Of a stretch of DNA of 64,000 nucleotides, positions 24,158 to 53,200 are shown piece after piece. The first letter of the stretch is position 1. Each line of letters opens with the position of its first letter. The notes below the pieces were generated by a model. It saw nothing but the letters and a program-made list of their open reading frames with translations, did no database searches and was not told the origin of the DNA. The translations under genes and the position numbers were made by a program. The stretch is from Ylistrum balloti (taxonomy: Eukaryota): assembly GCF_031769215.1 (NCBI RefSeq), contig NW_026782016.1, positions 1,364,001 to 1,428,000 on the forward strand. The letters are read 5' to 3'.

Positions 24158-25785
24158 GTCATGTGACTATGATTGGTAGTGACCGCGACGTCTACCGCGG
24201 ACCTCGTCATGTGACTGTAACTGGTACGTGACCCTGACGTCTACCAGGGACCTCATAATGTGACTATAAGTGGTACGTGACCCCGACATCTACCGCGGAC
24301 CTCGTAAGGTGAATACAACTGGTACGTAACCCTGACATCAACCGAGGACCTCGTCATGTGACTATAACTGGCACGTGACCCCGATGTCTACCGAGGGCCT
24401 CGTCATGTGACTATAACTGGTACGTGACCCTGACATCTACCGAGGACCTCGTCATATGACTATAGCTGGTACGTGACCCCGACATCTACCGAGGACCTCG
24501 TCATGTGACTATAGCTGGTACGTGACCCTGACATCTACCGAGGACCTCGTCATGTGACTATAGCTGGTACGTAACCCCGACATCTACCGCGGACCTCGCC
24601 ATATGACTATAGCTGGTACGTGACCCCGACATCTACTGAGAACCTCGGCATGTATGCCATATGTTTAACTGGTTCGTGACCCCAAAATCTACCGATGACA
24701 TCGCCATGTGACTATAACTGGTACGTAACCCCGACATCTACCGCGGACCTCGCCATGTAACTATAGCTGGTACGTAACCTCGACATCAACCGAGGACCTT
24801 GTCATGTGACTATACGTGGTACGTGACCTCGACATCTACCGATGACATCGCCATGAGGCTATAACTGGTACGTGACCCCGAGATCTAGCGAGGGCCTCGT
24901 CATGTGACTACAGCTGGTACGTGACCCCGACATCTAGCGAGGGCCTCGTCATGTTGCTATAGCTGGTACGTGACCCTGACATCTAACGAAGGCCTCGTCA
25001 TGTGACTATAGCTGGTACGTGACCCCGACATCTACTGAGGACCTCGTCATGTGACTATAGCTGGTATGTGACCCCGGCATCTACTGAGGAACTCGTCATG
25101 TGACTATAACTGGAACGTGACCCCGGCATCTACTGAGGACCTCGTCTTATGACTATAGCTGGTACGTGACCTGGACATCTACTGATGACCTCGTCATATG
25201 ACTATAACTGGTACGTGACCCCGACATCTATCAAGGACCTCGTCATGTGACTATAGCTGGTACGTGACCCCGACGTCTATCGAGGAATCGTCATGTGACT
25301 ATAGCTGGTATGTGACCCCGACATCTACTGAGGACCTCGTCATGTGACTATAACTGGTACGTGACCCCGGCATCTACTGAGGACCTCGTCTTATGACTAT
25401 AGCTGGTACGTGACCTGGACATCTACTGAGGACCTCGTCATATGACTATAGCTGGTACGTGACCCCGACATCTATAGAGGACCTCGTCATGTGACTATAG
25501 CTGGTACGTGACCCCGACGTCTATCGAGGACCTCGTCATGTGACTATAGCTGGTACGTGACCCCGAAATCTACTGAGGACCTCGTCATATGACTATAGCT
25601 GGTATGTGACCCCGACATCTACTGAGGACCTCGTCATATGACTATAGCTGGTATGTGACCCCGACGTCTATCGAGGACCTCGTCATGTGACTATAGCTGG
25701 TACGTGACCCCGACATCTACTGAGGACCTCGTCATATGACTATAGCTGGTATGTGACCCCGACATCTACTGAGGACCTCGTCACC
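24158..25785. repeat. 49-bp CpG-rich minisatellite, about 33 units
   Basis: Unit gactatagctggtacgtgaccccgacatctactgaggacctcgtcatgt; anchors at 24361 and 24410. No spacers between units. Confidence 0.97.
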
Positions 25786-26069
25786 CCGTCTATCGGAAAC
25801 ATATTTATTTGATTGTAACAGTTTAATGACGCTGTCATCAATTGAAATAAAAGCTACTATGGTATTTCAAACCACAAACGAACTTCCCAATTGTCGTAAT
25901 TTTCTCCTCTGTTTAACAGTAACAGAGCTATTATGAAAGGATGTTTATCTAAATAATATTGCTATAGAACTTACATTAAATAACTTTAACTATACTACTG
26001 AAGCTTCTGTTATGTGCTTTATTACTAACTAACACTAATTGCTACGTTGCTACATTCGATTTGGAAATA

Positions 26070-26128
26070 GAACCCCGGTCGACTCAGTGGAGGACATGTA
26101 CGTTACCACTGCGCCATCCGACTACCCA
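26070..26128 (-). mobile_element. Isolated tRNA-derived SINE head related to the element at 8673-8905
   Basis: Minus strand reads gggtagtcggatggcgcagtggtaacgtac...gaccggggttctatttc (A and B boxes). No body follows. Confidence 0.6.
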
Positions 26129-26436
26129 TCTTGCATTCAGAGTTTCTTAACACCACAATAGGTACATGAATCTTCTAAAAACGTGTTTTACCTATATAAG
26201 TTCGTTCTACATAATAATGACCTTAACCTACTTTATCAATACTGTGACAATACTTTCCTGAAATTAACTTACCTAATGACATGTTAACCTACACTATAGG
26301 TATAGGATCACCTACCGGAAAACTGAAATATAACTTGCATCATAGCTCCCTTGCCTTTACAGATGGTTTGTAATTTGCATGACAGTGTTCTCACCTTCTC
26401 AGTTGGTATAAAGTAATTTTTACTTTCACGGTTGGG

Positions 26437-26800
26437 TTGGTATATAGCTTGTATAAAAGTATGTTTACCTCCACAATTGATATATAACTTTTCTGAAACA
26501 TCTTTACCTCGACAATTGGTATATCACTTTTCTGAAAATATCTATAGATACACAATTGGTATATCACTTTTCTGAAAATATCTATAGATACACAATTGGT
26601 ATATAACTTATCTGAAAACATCTTTACCTCCACAATCGGTAGATAAATTTTCTGAAAACAGCTTTACCTCCACAATCGGGAGATAACTTTCCTGAAAACA
26701 GCTTTACCTACACAATCGGTAGATAACTTTTCTGAAAATATCTTTACCTCCACAATCGGTAGATAACTTTTCTGAAAACAGCTTTACTTACACAACTGAT
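26437..26800. repeat. 40-bp minisatellite, about 9 units
   Basis: Unit cacaattggtatatcacttttctgaaaatatctatagata and variants. Confidence 0.9.
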
Positions 26801-27920
26801 ATAGATCGTGTCGGAAATGACATTTTCCCACACGGCCCATGTGTATAGCATTTTGCGATAAATGACCTTCATAGCTTTATGACATTGTATCTGAAAGTTT
26901 ATAAGATCTATGATATAATGGGTATTTCTGTTTCAGGTCTAATGGATGGTTACATTTAATAAGTTACGCCATTGTCATTCAGACGTGAATAGAATATGAT
27001 AATTTAAGTTAAAATATCATTTAAAATGCATAAAAATGAATTTGATACACAAATGAAATGCAAAATAGTTAGTTAACGGTATGAAAACGACAGATGGCGT
27101 GTCGATAGTCAAATTCGAAATTTCAAATCAACACTGGTTTGGCAGCCTTTAGGAAAATGTTGACTTTATAAACAAAATGTCTAATCTTGTACAATTAGCT
27201 AATCATTAATCGTTAATGTTATACTCATCTCAGAGGGTGCAGTTATCCGGTTTAGTAAGCTATAAAAATATAAGCCTAACCAAGAAAATAAACTCAGAAT
27301 TTATAGATGTTTTAAAAATTATTAAAGTCCTGAACCTTACGTCACATCGCATATTTCACGTCACTGCTGGATTTATGACGTTGAATAGACATACCAGAGG
27401 ACCAGAGATTCTATCCTACACTCCTATTTTTGTGAATGTCTGATCTACAGTGATGTCCGTACCGATTTATTTTGTCAGGCTGATTTGCGAAACAAGGATT
27501 TTCATTATCTAAAAGAAAGAGACATGTTTTTGTGCATTATTCAAACTAAAAACATCAATACTTAATATCGAAAACTATCCATGTTATGATGAGTCATAGG
27601 CGTTCTGTAGCAAATACATTAAGGTAAGCAAAATATTGCAGTAATTAATACACCTGCTGGAGAGTAATATATATACACTTTATAAAGATCTAAATCATTT
27701 TATTTAATATTTATCATCAGCTCCATTACATGATGATAAAGTTACAGATACGGCTGTAGTTCTAGGTTAAATATGTTTTTAGTAATACCCATAAATAATC
27801 ACATTGAAAGTGTCCAGTAAACCGAACACACCTGGATATCACGTAGGTGTGTCGGATTGTATAATTGTTAATGTATTGTATTGTATTACTGACGCCATGA
27901 AACTTTATCAATGTATTGTA

Positions 27921-28890
27921 TTGGTATGAAACTTTGCCTGAAAACATCTTTAGATACACAATAAGTATATAACCTGTCTAAAACCTACATAAATGGTATA
28001 TAACTTGTCTGAAAACCTACATATATGGTATATAACTTACCTGAAAACCTACATAAATGATATATAACTTACCTAAAAACTTACATAAATGATATATAAC
28101 TTACCTGAAAACCTACATAAATGGTATATAACTTACCTGAAAACCTACATAAATGGTGTATAACATGTCTGAAAACCTACATAAATGGTATATAACTTGT
28201 CTGAAAAACTACATAAATGGTATATAACTTGTCTGAAAACCTACATAAATATTATATAACTTACCTGAAAACCTACATAAATGGTAAATAACTTACCTGA
28301 AAACCTACATAAATGGTATATAACTTACCTGAAAACCTACATAAATGTTATATAACTTGTCTGAAAACCTACATAAATGTTATATAACATGTCTGAAAAC
28401 CTACATAAATGGTATATAACTTACCTGAAAACCTACATAAATGGTATATAACTTACCTGAAAACCTACATGAATGGTATATAACTTACCTGAAAACCTAC
28501 ATAAATGGTATATAACATGTCTGAAAACCTACATAAATGGTATATAGTCTACCTAAAAACCTACATATATGGTATATAACTTACCTGAAAACCTACATCA
28601 ATGTTATATAACTTGTCTGAAAACCTACATAAATGGTATATAGTCTACCTGAAAACCTACATAAATGGTATATAACTTGTCTGAAAACCTACATAAATGT
28701 TATATAACTTGTCTGAAAACCTACATAAATGTTATATAACATGTCTGAAAACCTACATAAATGGTATATAACCTGTCTGAAAACATTTTAAGATACACAA
28801 TTGCTTGAAAACTTGTTTAAAAATTTACATTAATGGTATATAACTTTCCTGAAATCAACTTTACATACAGATTTTTTATATAACGTGTCT
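27921..28890. repeat. 32-bp minisatellite (about 25 units) bracketed by 40-bp-type units
   Basis: Unit ctacataaatggtatataacttacctgaaaac. Flanking units at 27921-27960 and 28781-28890 retain the longer aaaacatctttagatacacaat form. Confidence 0.92.
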
Positions 28891-29719
28891 GAAATGACAT
28901 TAACTCACACGACGTGTATAGGATTTGGATATTCCTTCATAATTTTATGTTATTAATGAATGTTTAAGTTTATAAGATCTATGATAGGGAAGGTATTTCT
29001 GGAAGGTTACATGTATCACGTTATTCAATTGTCATTCAGTCGTCGATAGAATAAGATCATTTAATTCAAGATGTAATGAAAACGGCTAAATTTTGTATAA
29101 TTATTTGATGCGGGACTTTTGGATCATCTAGACATTGTATGAGAATCATTACATACAGCTTGAAATATGAAATACAAGTATTCAAAACATCCCTATAAGA
29201 CAATAATGAATACTCAGTATTGTACATTTAAACGACCTACCGATAATCGCAAAAACATACGGACCCTTTTAGTATAGTTCGAAATCACCAAAAGTATTTC
29301 AGTACCGATCTGTGTTTGGGATAAAAAAATACTTTATACATGTACCATAATTTTTTGAACAGAAATTTCTTTTACTTTTCGATATATACTGCATCTTCCT
29401 ATGTTCATTTCATTTGTACACGAGTAGACGTATATATTGAAGAAGATTAAATATATGATGATATATAATGCAAATGGACTAATTGTTACAGCATGGAAAT
29501 TAATTGAAGAATTTTTTTAATAATGACATTATCACGAAGTAACAATAACATTCGACATTCTTCAGTTACTATTCAGTAACTCAGATATTTAGGTCCTGAA
29601 CTCATGCTTGTTATATGTGACTCGCTATCAGTCCAGTTACAACGAGATATGTTGGGTTTTTAAAAAATGTGATCTTGAAAAAACGATCCCTTAAGATTAT
29701 TGATTTTCATCGCTGAGAA

Positions 29720-30045
29720 TCCATTAAGTCCACTCTGACGTCACAAGATTATTAAAACTCTTATGAAGTCAATTCAGTACAATGTAAAATGTAAATTATT
29801 CTTTAAATAACCCATTTAGTCCACTCTGACGTCACAAGATTATTAAAACTCTTATGACGTCATTTCAGTATAATGTAAAATGTTAATTATTCTTTAAATA
29901 ACCCATTTAGTCCACTCTGACGTCACAAGATTATTAAAACTCTTATGACGTCATTTCAGTATAATGTAAAATGTAAATTATTCTTTAAATAATTCATTTA
30001 GTCCACTCTGACGTCACAGTGTTGTTTTAACTTCTATGACGTCAT
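29720..30045. promoter_or_regulatory. 91-bp tandem repeat (3.5 units) carrying seven perfect CRE palindromes upstream of TDO
   Basis: TGACGTCA at 29736, 29827, 29855, 29918, 29946, 30009 and 30037; an eighth position (29764) is tgaagtca. The repeat itself is certain; a regulatory function is inferred. Confidence 0.6.
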
Positions 30046-30952
30046 AAATATATTTTGCGCAAATCATCTTCAGGAGTGTATTGGTTACATAATTTAGAAA
30101 ATATCACATTAATCTTGAACGGACCATGAGAAAAAATATACTCAAACAGCAAATGTTATGTAAAAAATTGTCGTGGAGTTGAAAATGAAAAAAAAACCCA
30201 CTAAATCTTGTCACATACAAAATAGATTTGATCCTACAGCCATAAAACAAACACCAGAATAGAGGAGAGTGAATCTACTGTAGGTATTTACGTATATCCT
30301 TATCATCCTCGTCCTTATTAATCATTTCTTTTATTTTAATTATAATTGTTCTGTAACTATACGAGAACAAGCAATTATTGAATAAGCATCAACAGAGTAT
30401 GAAATGGAAGACTCAAATCTATCACAGCAATGTTACAACTTTTAATGTTTCAGTTTCGTTCCACTTTTCAAACTGACAAGTAATTTAAATAAAAGGAATG
30501 TGTAGCATTTTGAACAAATGCCGTTATCCGTCTTGTCCGGACACTGTACTTACTCATATGCAGTCGTGTGAAGCCACACAATTATAAACATGAAAAGCAG
30601 GGTTAAACATATTTTCTCCAGATAAGACATCGGTAACACGATATACCCAAATTTTGTTGTCCGAATAATATCTCTCTATTGTATAAATAGTCGACGAAAA
30701 TGTGGTGCGTCAGATAAAACAGAAGCCATAACGTACACATGACCGATATCTGGTAATGTCATGGCTCACGTGTTAGTAGATTTGTCTGCCTTTCAAATTG
30801 TCACCGGTACAGATTTATAACCACACACTGTACATACACTAAGACTGAGCGAAACCCTACTGGACATTACTACATTTTGTACCCAGCTAACATTTATACA
30901 TAGTCGTTACGCTAGCCAGGTGTAATAGCTGTTGGAGAGTACTGTGGCCTAC

Positions 30953-47134
<16,182 letters not shown>

Positions 47135-47322
47135 GTATTTCGCACATGTACTGCGATATAGGATACTTTCCATGGACTAACATTTATTCAATAAAGAGAA
47201 AAAAACTTGTTACTGAAATCTTCAGGTGTTTTGTATACCTATAAGTAATCTAATCAAATTACTAAAACGTTCAAGATCAACAAATGAAGAATGATATCCG
47301 CTCCATTAAATTGAGCTTTCCA

Positions 47323-47523
47323 NNNNNNNNNNNNNNNNNNNNNNNNNNNNNNNNNNNNNNNNNNNNNNNNNNNNNNNNNNNNNNNNNNNNNNNNNNNNNN
47401 NNNNNNNNNNNNNNNNNNNNNNNNNNNNNNNNNNNNNNNNNNNNNNNNNNNNNNNNNNNNNNNNNNNNNNNNNNNNNNNNNNNNNNNNNNNNNNNNNNNN
47501 NNNNNNNNNNNNNNNNNNNNNNN
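47323..47523. other. Assembly gap (201 N)
   Basis: Run of N. Confidence 1.
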
Positions 47524-47534
47524 AAACAAATATA

Positions 47535-47577
47535 TATCACTAACGTTTTCAGGCCTCGCGGCCATCTTCAGGTGATA
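47535..47577 (-). ncRNA. Minimal type-I hammerhead ribozyme with an intact catalytic core
   Basis: Minus strand: stem I tatcac, core CTGAAGA, stem II t-ggcc-GCGA-ggcc-t, GAAA, palindromic stem III aacgtt, cleavage triplet TTA, stem I' gtgata. Predicted cut between 47541 and 47540. Confidence 0.8.
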
Positions 47578-49029
47578 AACATTACATGTACACTGTACTT
47601 TACTTAGTAACCTACATTGTGACGTAATATGATTGTTATATTATAAAAGGGGAGTTAATAATGTTATTAATTATAATAAATGTATATACATATCGAAAAC
47701 GAATATCACCAACTTTTCAAAGAATAAGTCCGAGGAGATATTAAACACTCTGAACGGTCTGAGTCAATGTACAAGATGAAAAGGATAACTAAAAGGCAAT
47801 GAAAGAAACGTTCCAAGGTCAGATAAAGCTCAATTCAGTCATATTGCAGACAGATTTGAGGTTATATTAGTTTTAGAGAATCAAGAAATGTAGGAGTAGT
47901 TAAAAGCAAGGTCAGAAGGTCATTCACATGCAATACGGAAAAATCCATTTCTAGATGATGATATGCCTTATTCGAAATCCTCTGGGGTCCCCCCTTCCTT
48001 CTGTTTTGCAGGTTACTACGTGTGAAATATTCTATCAAATGACATGTGAATATTATTGTATTCATAGCCTTATGCACGTTTTGTTTTCTTTTAATCTTTA
48101 TATAGTTGGTGGCAGCGCATATGTAAACATATGAATCTAAACATGGCTTCCGAGTCAAGTATACAACACATTTAACCGAATGCACCAATGATCACCTTTG
48201 AGAGCGGATTACGTTTCCAAATATAGTCATTTACAAACTGTTCATTGTTATATGAACAAAACTGAGAGTGCTACCTATTGACCCATCAGTAATGTAGTCT
48301 TTGCCTTTAAATTATTTTCTGTGATTGGTTCATTGATGTCTTACGCCCCCGCTGTCCAGTAAACAAGCTTAATTGATAATGGATTTTATATCAAAGTTCA
48401 TGGCAATGAATGAGCAAATATCGAAATCATGATTGACCAGGACAAAATGTCAATTGGTGCTCTATGTGTACGGTACGGCCTCATTTTAGAATCGCTGAAA
48501 ACCATTATCAATATCAAAAAGCATTTCCAAAATTTATGCCATTGTTTTATTTTCTATTTACTATATGGCCATTAACAACAGGAAAATATCGCTTTATTGA
48601 CGACAACTGTCGTCCTAATCCTAGTCAGTCTAAGTCAACATCAAATTACCACTAAAACGACCGTGCATTGTTACATATAACTTATATCGCAAAAGCGAAT
48701 GGATATTCCCCAATGACATGTTAGCGCATTCAACACTTTCCCGTATTCTCAATCAATCTGCATCTCTGTGTTGTAAGTTTATCCGTTATTTGTCGACTTC
48801 CCTCTTGAAATTCATGCCCTTGAATATTGAATAAAAAGAAAATATATGGTTGGGAACAAGACAGACTTTTCATCGTGCTTTTCATAGAAAGTGATTGAAA
48901 TTTATATTAAAATACAAACCTCAGTCGTTCATATATCAATTAGACAGTCGTGAATAGACAATGTTTGCTCTCAGATAATAACTTTTGATATGTGCAAATC
49001 CTGTCATACTCGATAAATAAATATTTCAA

Positions 49030-49370
49030 ATATTAGATAGAAAAGTGAGACTGTAAATCACATATATTTCGTGTAGGATTTATTTTCGCGAGGAGAGTCA
49101 ATTGCGAATTTCAATCCAAATCAGATACAGAAATAATCATGATGGCATCCATGCTGATTCAGTTACCGATATCGGAGTCCAAATATCTAATAGCCCATCA
49201 TTTGTTAATTTAAAGTCATTTCTAGAATACCGTTCGTCAATTCATATATTTCTAAAATATGTCTGAAGAGGTGAGTTTGCGAAATAAAGTATTCGCGAAA
49301 GTGATTGAGACTAATGTCCTAACCTAAGAAAACATCAATATAACACAACTATATGAAATATTTCAGTACC
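49030..49370. mobile_element. Degenerate CTGTAAA-type MITE
   Basis: Starts gactgtaaatcacatatatttcgtgtaggatttattttcgcg, with an eroded complementary end (gcgaaataaagtattcgcgaaa...tttcagta). Confidence 0.35.
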
Positions 49371-50244
49371 CTGCAATATATCATTAATTCTTAAATAAAA
49401 ATAAATATAATGAAAACATTTCAAAATATAGATTGCACATTTATTTAGAAATTGTGTTAATGCATTTCACATAGTGAATTCATTATATATATATATATTT
49501 AATTCTTGTTTCGAGTTTAGAAATTGATTAGAACATATATTTATTATACTTTATCGCGGTATGCACTCCAAACAACAGACGTACATGCGTAAATTATGTA
49601 ATGTTCTTTTTTATTTCGAAGGAAATTGTTTATCAGATGTTATCAAAACTGTTTCAATCCTCTCTTTTCTTATTGTCTTTTTTTGTATTCCCATGGTCTT
49701 TGATAAAGCATTACACATCAACGATTAATTATATATAGCAACATACTATAGCAAGTCTAGCCTTGTCCAACATACTCCTATCAACGCCAGTAATGAACAA
49801 TCATTTTGTTGCATAATTGACCGAATATGTTTACACATTTGGCTAACTACACGATACAAGGATCATTATCATCAATCATCATTTTATACAAAGTGTTTGA
49901 AGCTTTGTGATGTAAATATTCAAATGATAGCATTTCCCCTTTAAAGCTTTCTCACCTGACAAATTAGGCCTATGTAATAACGAAGGTCTTGCTTACTATG
50001 CTTTTAGGTCCTGTCGGCTATGTATATAACTTATTGTATTTATTAAGTCTATAGCTTGTACAAATGTATAATGTTGACAATACTAGATGTTAGTAACCCA
50101 GTTCCAGAGATTCCTGGTAATGGTATTGACGGTTGAACACAGCGTACTGTGATAGCGACAGTATAACCAACCCTGTTAGGAAAGTGATTGGGTCGTTAGC
50201 ATCACTGTCCTGGTGAACTGTATTCTTTGTGTAACGTTTTAGAT

Positions 50245-53200
50245 ATGTCGACTTTTTCTATCGACAAAATGGTTTTGAAACATCAAATTGGTGACAGTTC
50301 TGTATTGGAAAAGCCTGAAGATTCCGGTTGCAAATGTAACAATGACAAAGATATAAAAGATGGATTGTTTAATGTATGGCACAACTATTCTTCATCTACT
50401 ACTCTTCACTGTCTCTCGCGAGCTGCCAAGGTCGAGTCATCACTTATGAGGAGGTAACCCATTCTTATTTATATATATCTATAACATTAACAATTACTTT
50501 TCAATTTCACGTTTTTTGTTTTATTTTTGGCTTCGCATGTCACGTATTAATATAAATGTAAGTAGTATCTTGATCACTTTCAGTAAATTAAAAGCAGAAA
50601 CGTTCATCACAACTGTTAAAACAATACTAAATATCACTTGATTTAAGAAACAATCTAATGAACATGTTCGCTAGACTCATGCCCTTTCAATCGTATGTTT
50701 CCCCGAAAATTCACATTGCTTTCTTTTGAGCTGACCTGCCATTAAAGTCGAAATCAAATTTTTTAGCGTCATGTAGGAGTATGCAGAAACGGACCTTGTA
50801 TAAATTTTGACGTTCAATTTCATTTTTAACATATTTTTCTTAATGTTGGAAAAAGACAGGAAAGAGGTTTAATTGCTTATAGATAAAAATTGTTATCTCC
50901 CATTGGAAGAAATAAAGAGAAAGGCGCACTCTATAATTAGCCGCTCTTTTTGAATCAGTGTGTCATATAACTCTGTTTGTGAATTCACGTTCCTTTACTA
51001 TTCGTTATTTATGCAATGTTTAGCCTCATTAACATCTTAATAACATCTCATTAATATCTGTGAATTTTTTTATATTATATAGAAAACGAACGTGGTTCCA
51101 GCTGTATGTTTGATAGCTAAACGTAATACAATCTCATTTGTAAATTTTGAAATAAAATACCACATTACATCAAAATTGTTTTTGATTTCCATTTCAATAA
51201 ACATTCATACTCATGCATGAAATACAAATGATAGTGGTTAGTGAATACATTGTGTAGAAACAGGGCTGTATAAAATGCGATTGTCCATTCTAGGTTCGTC
51301 TGGTACGTCTTCCTTGCCGCCATGTTCGGATTACTGCTGTGGCAGTGTTACACTCAAATATCTCGATATCTGCAGAGGGAAACTATACTCAATGAACATT
51401 CAGCTCTTAACGAAGATAGAGTTTTCCCATCTCTTACGATTTGCGATGTCAACAATGTCAAAAAAAGTAATGTCCAGAATCCACAAGTCCAAGAGGTCCT
51501 TACCAAGACATACATGGAGAGCGCAACAAACAAATCCTATTTTAATCACCTTGATGTGAATTGGTTAAGAAGTATAAACGTTTCTGATATATTCTATAAC
51601 CACTCTGTGTTTGATATGTTTTTGCTGTGTACATGGGAGAAAAAACCAATCCCGTGTTCGTCAATCTTCATTCAACGGGTGACAAGTGCGGGGATATGTG
51701 CTACCCATAAGGGCATGGTGCTTTCGGAAAGTGGTGGCGTTGGAAGCGGAAATGGCCTTGTAGTAATACTTCATTCTAACATCTCGGATTATCTTGTCAC
51801 CTCTCGAGCTGGTGCAGGCTTTAGGGTAAGTAACCTCAATCGAACCATCATGATTCAGAATATACACACGTATTTGAGATTTTCTATAAATTATTAGATA
51901 AGAAATATTACGAAATTTGTTTGATTTTAGTATGGCGTTTCTTCATTCAGATTTCGACATTGATTTAAACCGAACAAATTTGATGTTCCGCAGTCGACTC
52001 CTAAACTTCCTCACATCAGGAATCTAGTATTACTTTCGATTCCTAGATGACAAAATAAATTATGATGTAGTTTATTTTGCGACACTGTATCGGATTGTAA
52101 ATTTCTAAATTCAAACCATATGCCATTCCATCACTAACCTAGAATAAATGACATTTTGAACATCGGAATATTCCTTGGTCATAAAAGTTTGCCGAATAAA
52201 TTCATCGATATTGTATTGAAATAATTGCGCATCATCAGAGAGTTTTTCAGTTAAAGCATGCTGCTTTTTGTGTTTAAGATGATAGTGATATGTGTATCTA
52301 TATTTACATAAATAATTATACATTGACATACATTGATAAGTGATTCCAAACAAACCCAAACAGGTGCTGCTGCACACACATAATGAGGAACCGGATGTTG
52401 AAGAACATGGCTTCGCGCTCTCTCCTGGTACGGCAAGTATCATTGCTGTGACGAAATACCAGGTAGGTTCCATCAGGTCCTTAAACGTACCAATCATATA
52501 TCTAATAATAAAATCCAAATACTAGTATCAGAATTCTACAGATGTACGTGGTTATCAGCTTAGTTCTTAACGGACTGACGTGTAAATGCATCAATGTTAT
52601 TTCACAGTATTAAGGACCAAACACATTATTGTTAACACATTGATTAATATTTTCCTTTCACATTCTTGAAAATGGATGCTGCTTTCCCCTTGCTATATAT
52701 ACTTCTATTTCTAGGTACTAACGCGTACACTATGACGAAAGTTAGTTATCTAAAACTAAGTGATGAAAGGTTTTCAAAACAAAAGATTGTTATTACTACT
52801 GCTTTTGCGGTAAGGTTAAAAACTAATGAATCAAACGAAATACTTCTTTATACATGTGCCATTGTCTGTGTCATATGTTACATGATGATACCCTCTGATA
52901 ATGGAAACCTTATAGACATCTTTTCAGCGATTTCCCATTCCTGCCTTTGGTGATGACTTCTGTGTAGACACCACGGCAAGTGACTATGTTCATCAGCTCA
53001 AATACATCTCCAAGTACAGCTATGGCGCCTGTGTTACGGACTGTTTCACTGCGTTTGTGCAAGAAATCTGTGGTTGTAGAGATGTGTTCATGCCAGGTAT
53101 GATTCTCTGAGAGATATCATATCAATACAATCACAGGTATAAAACAATGAAGAACTTACAGCACTGAAGTACTGAACATTACTCTCAGTACCTGAATAAC

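Noticed and set aside
26070-26128. tRNA-like sequences here and at 8850-8905 as tRNA genes
   Set aside because: No complete cloverleaf or acceptor stem; they are SINE heads.
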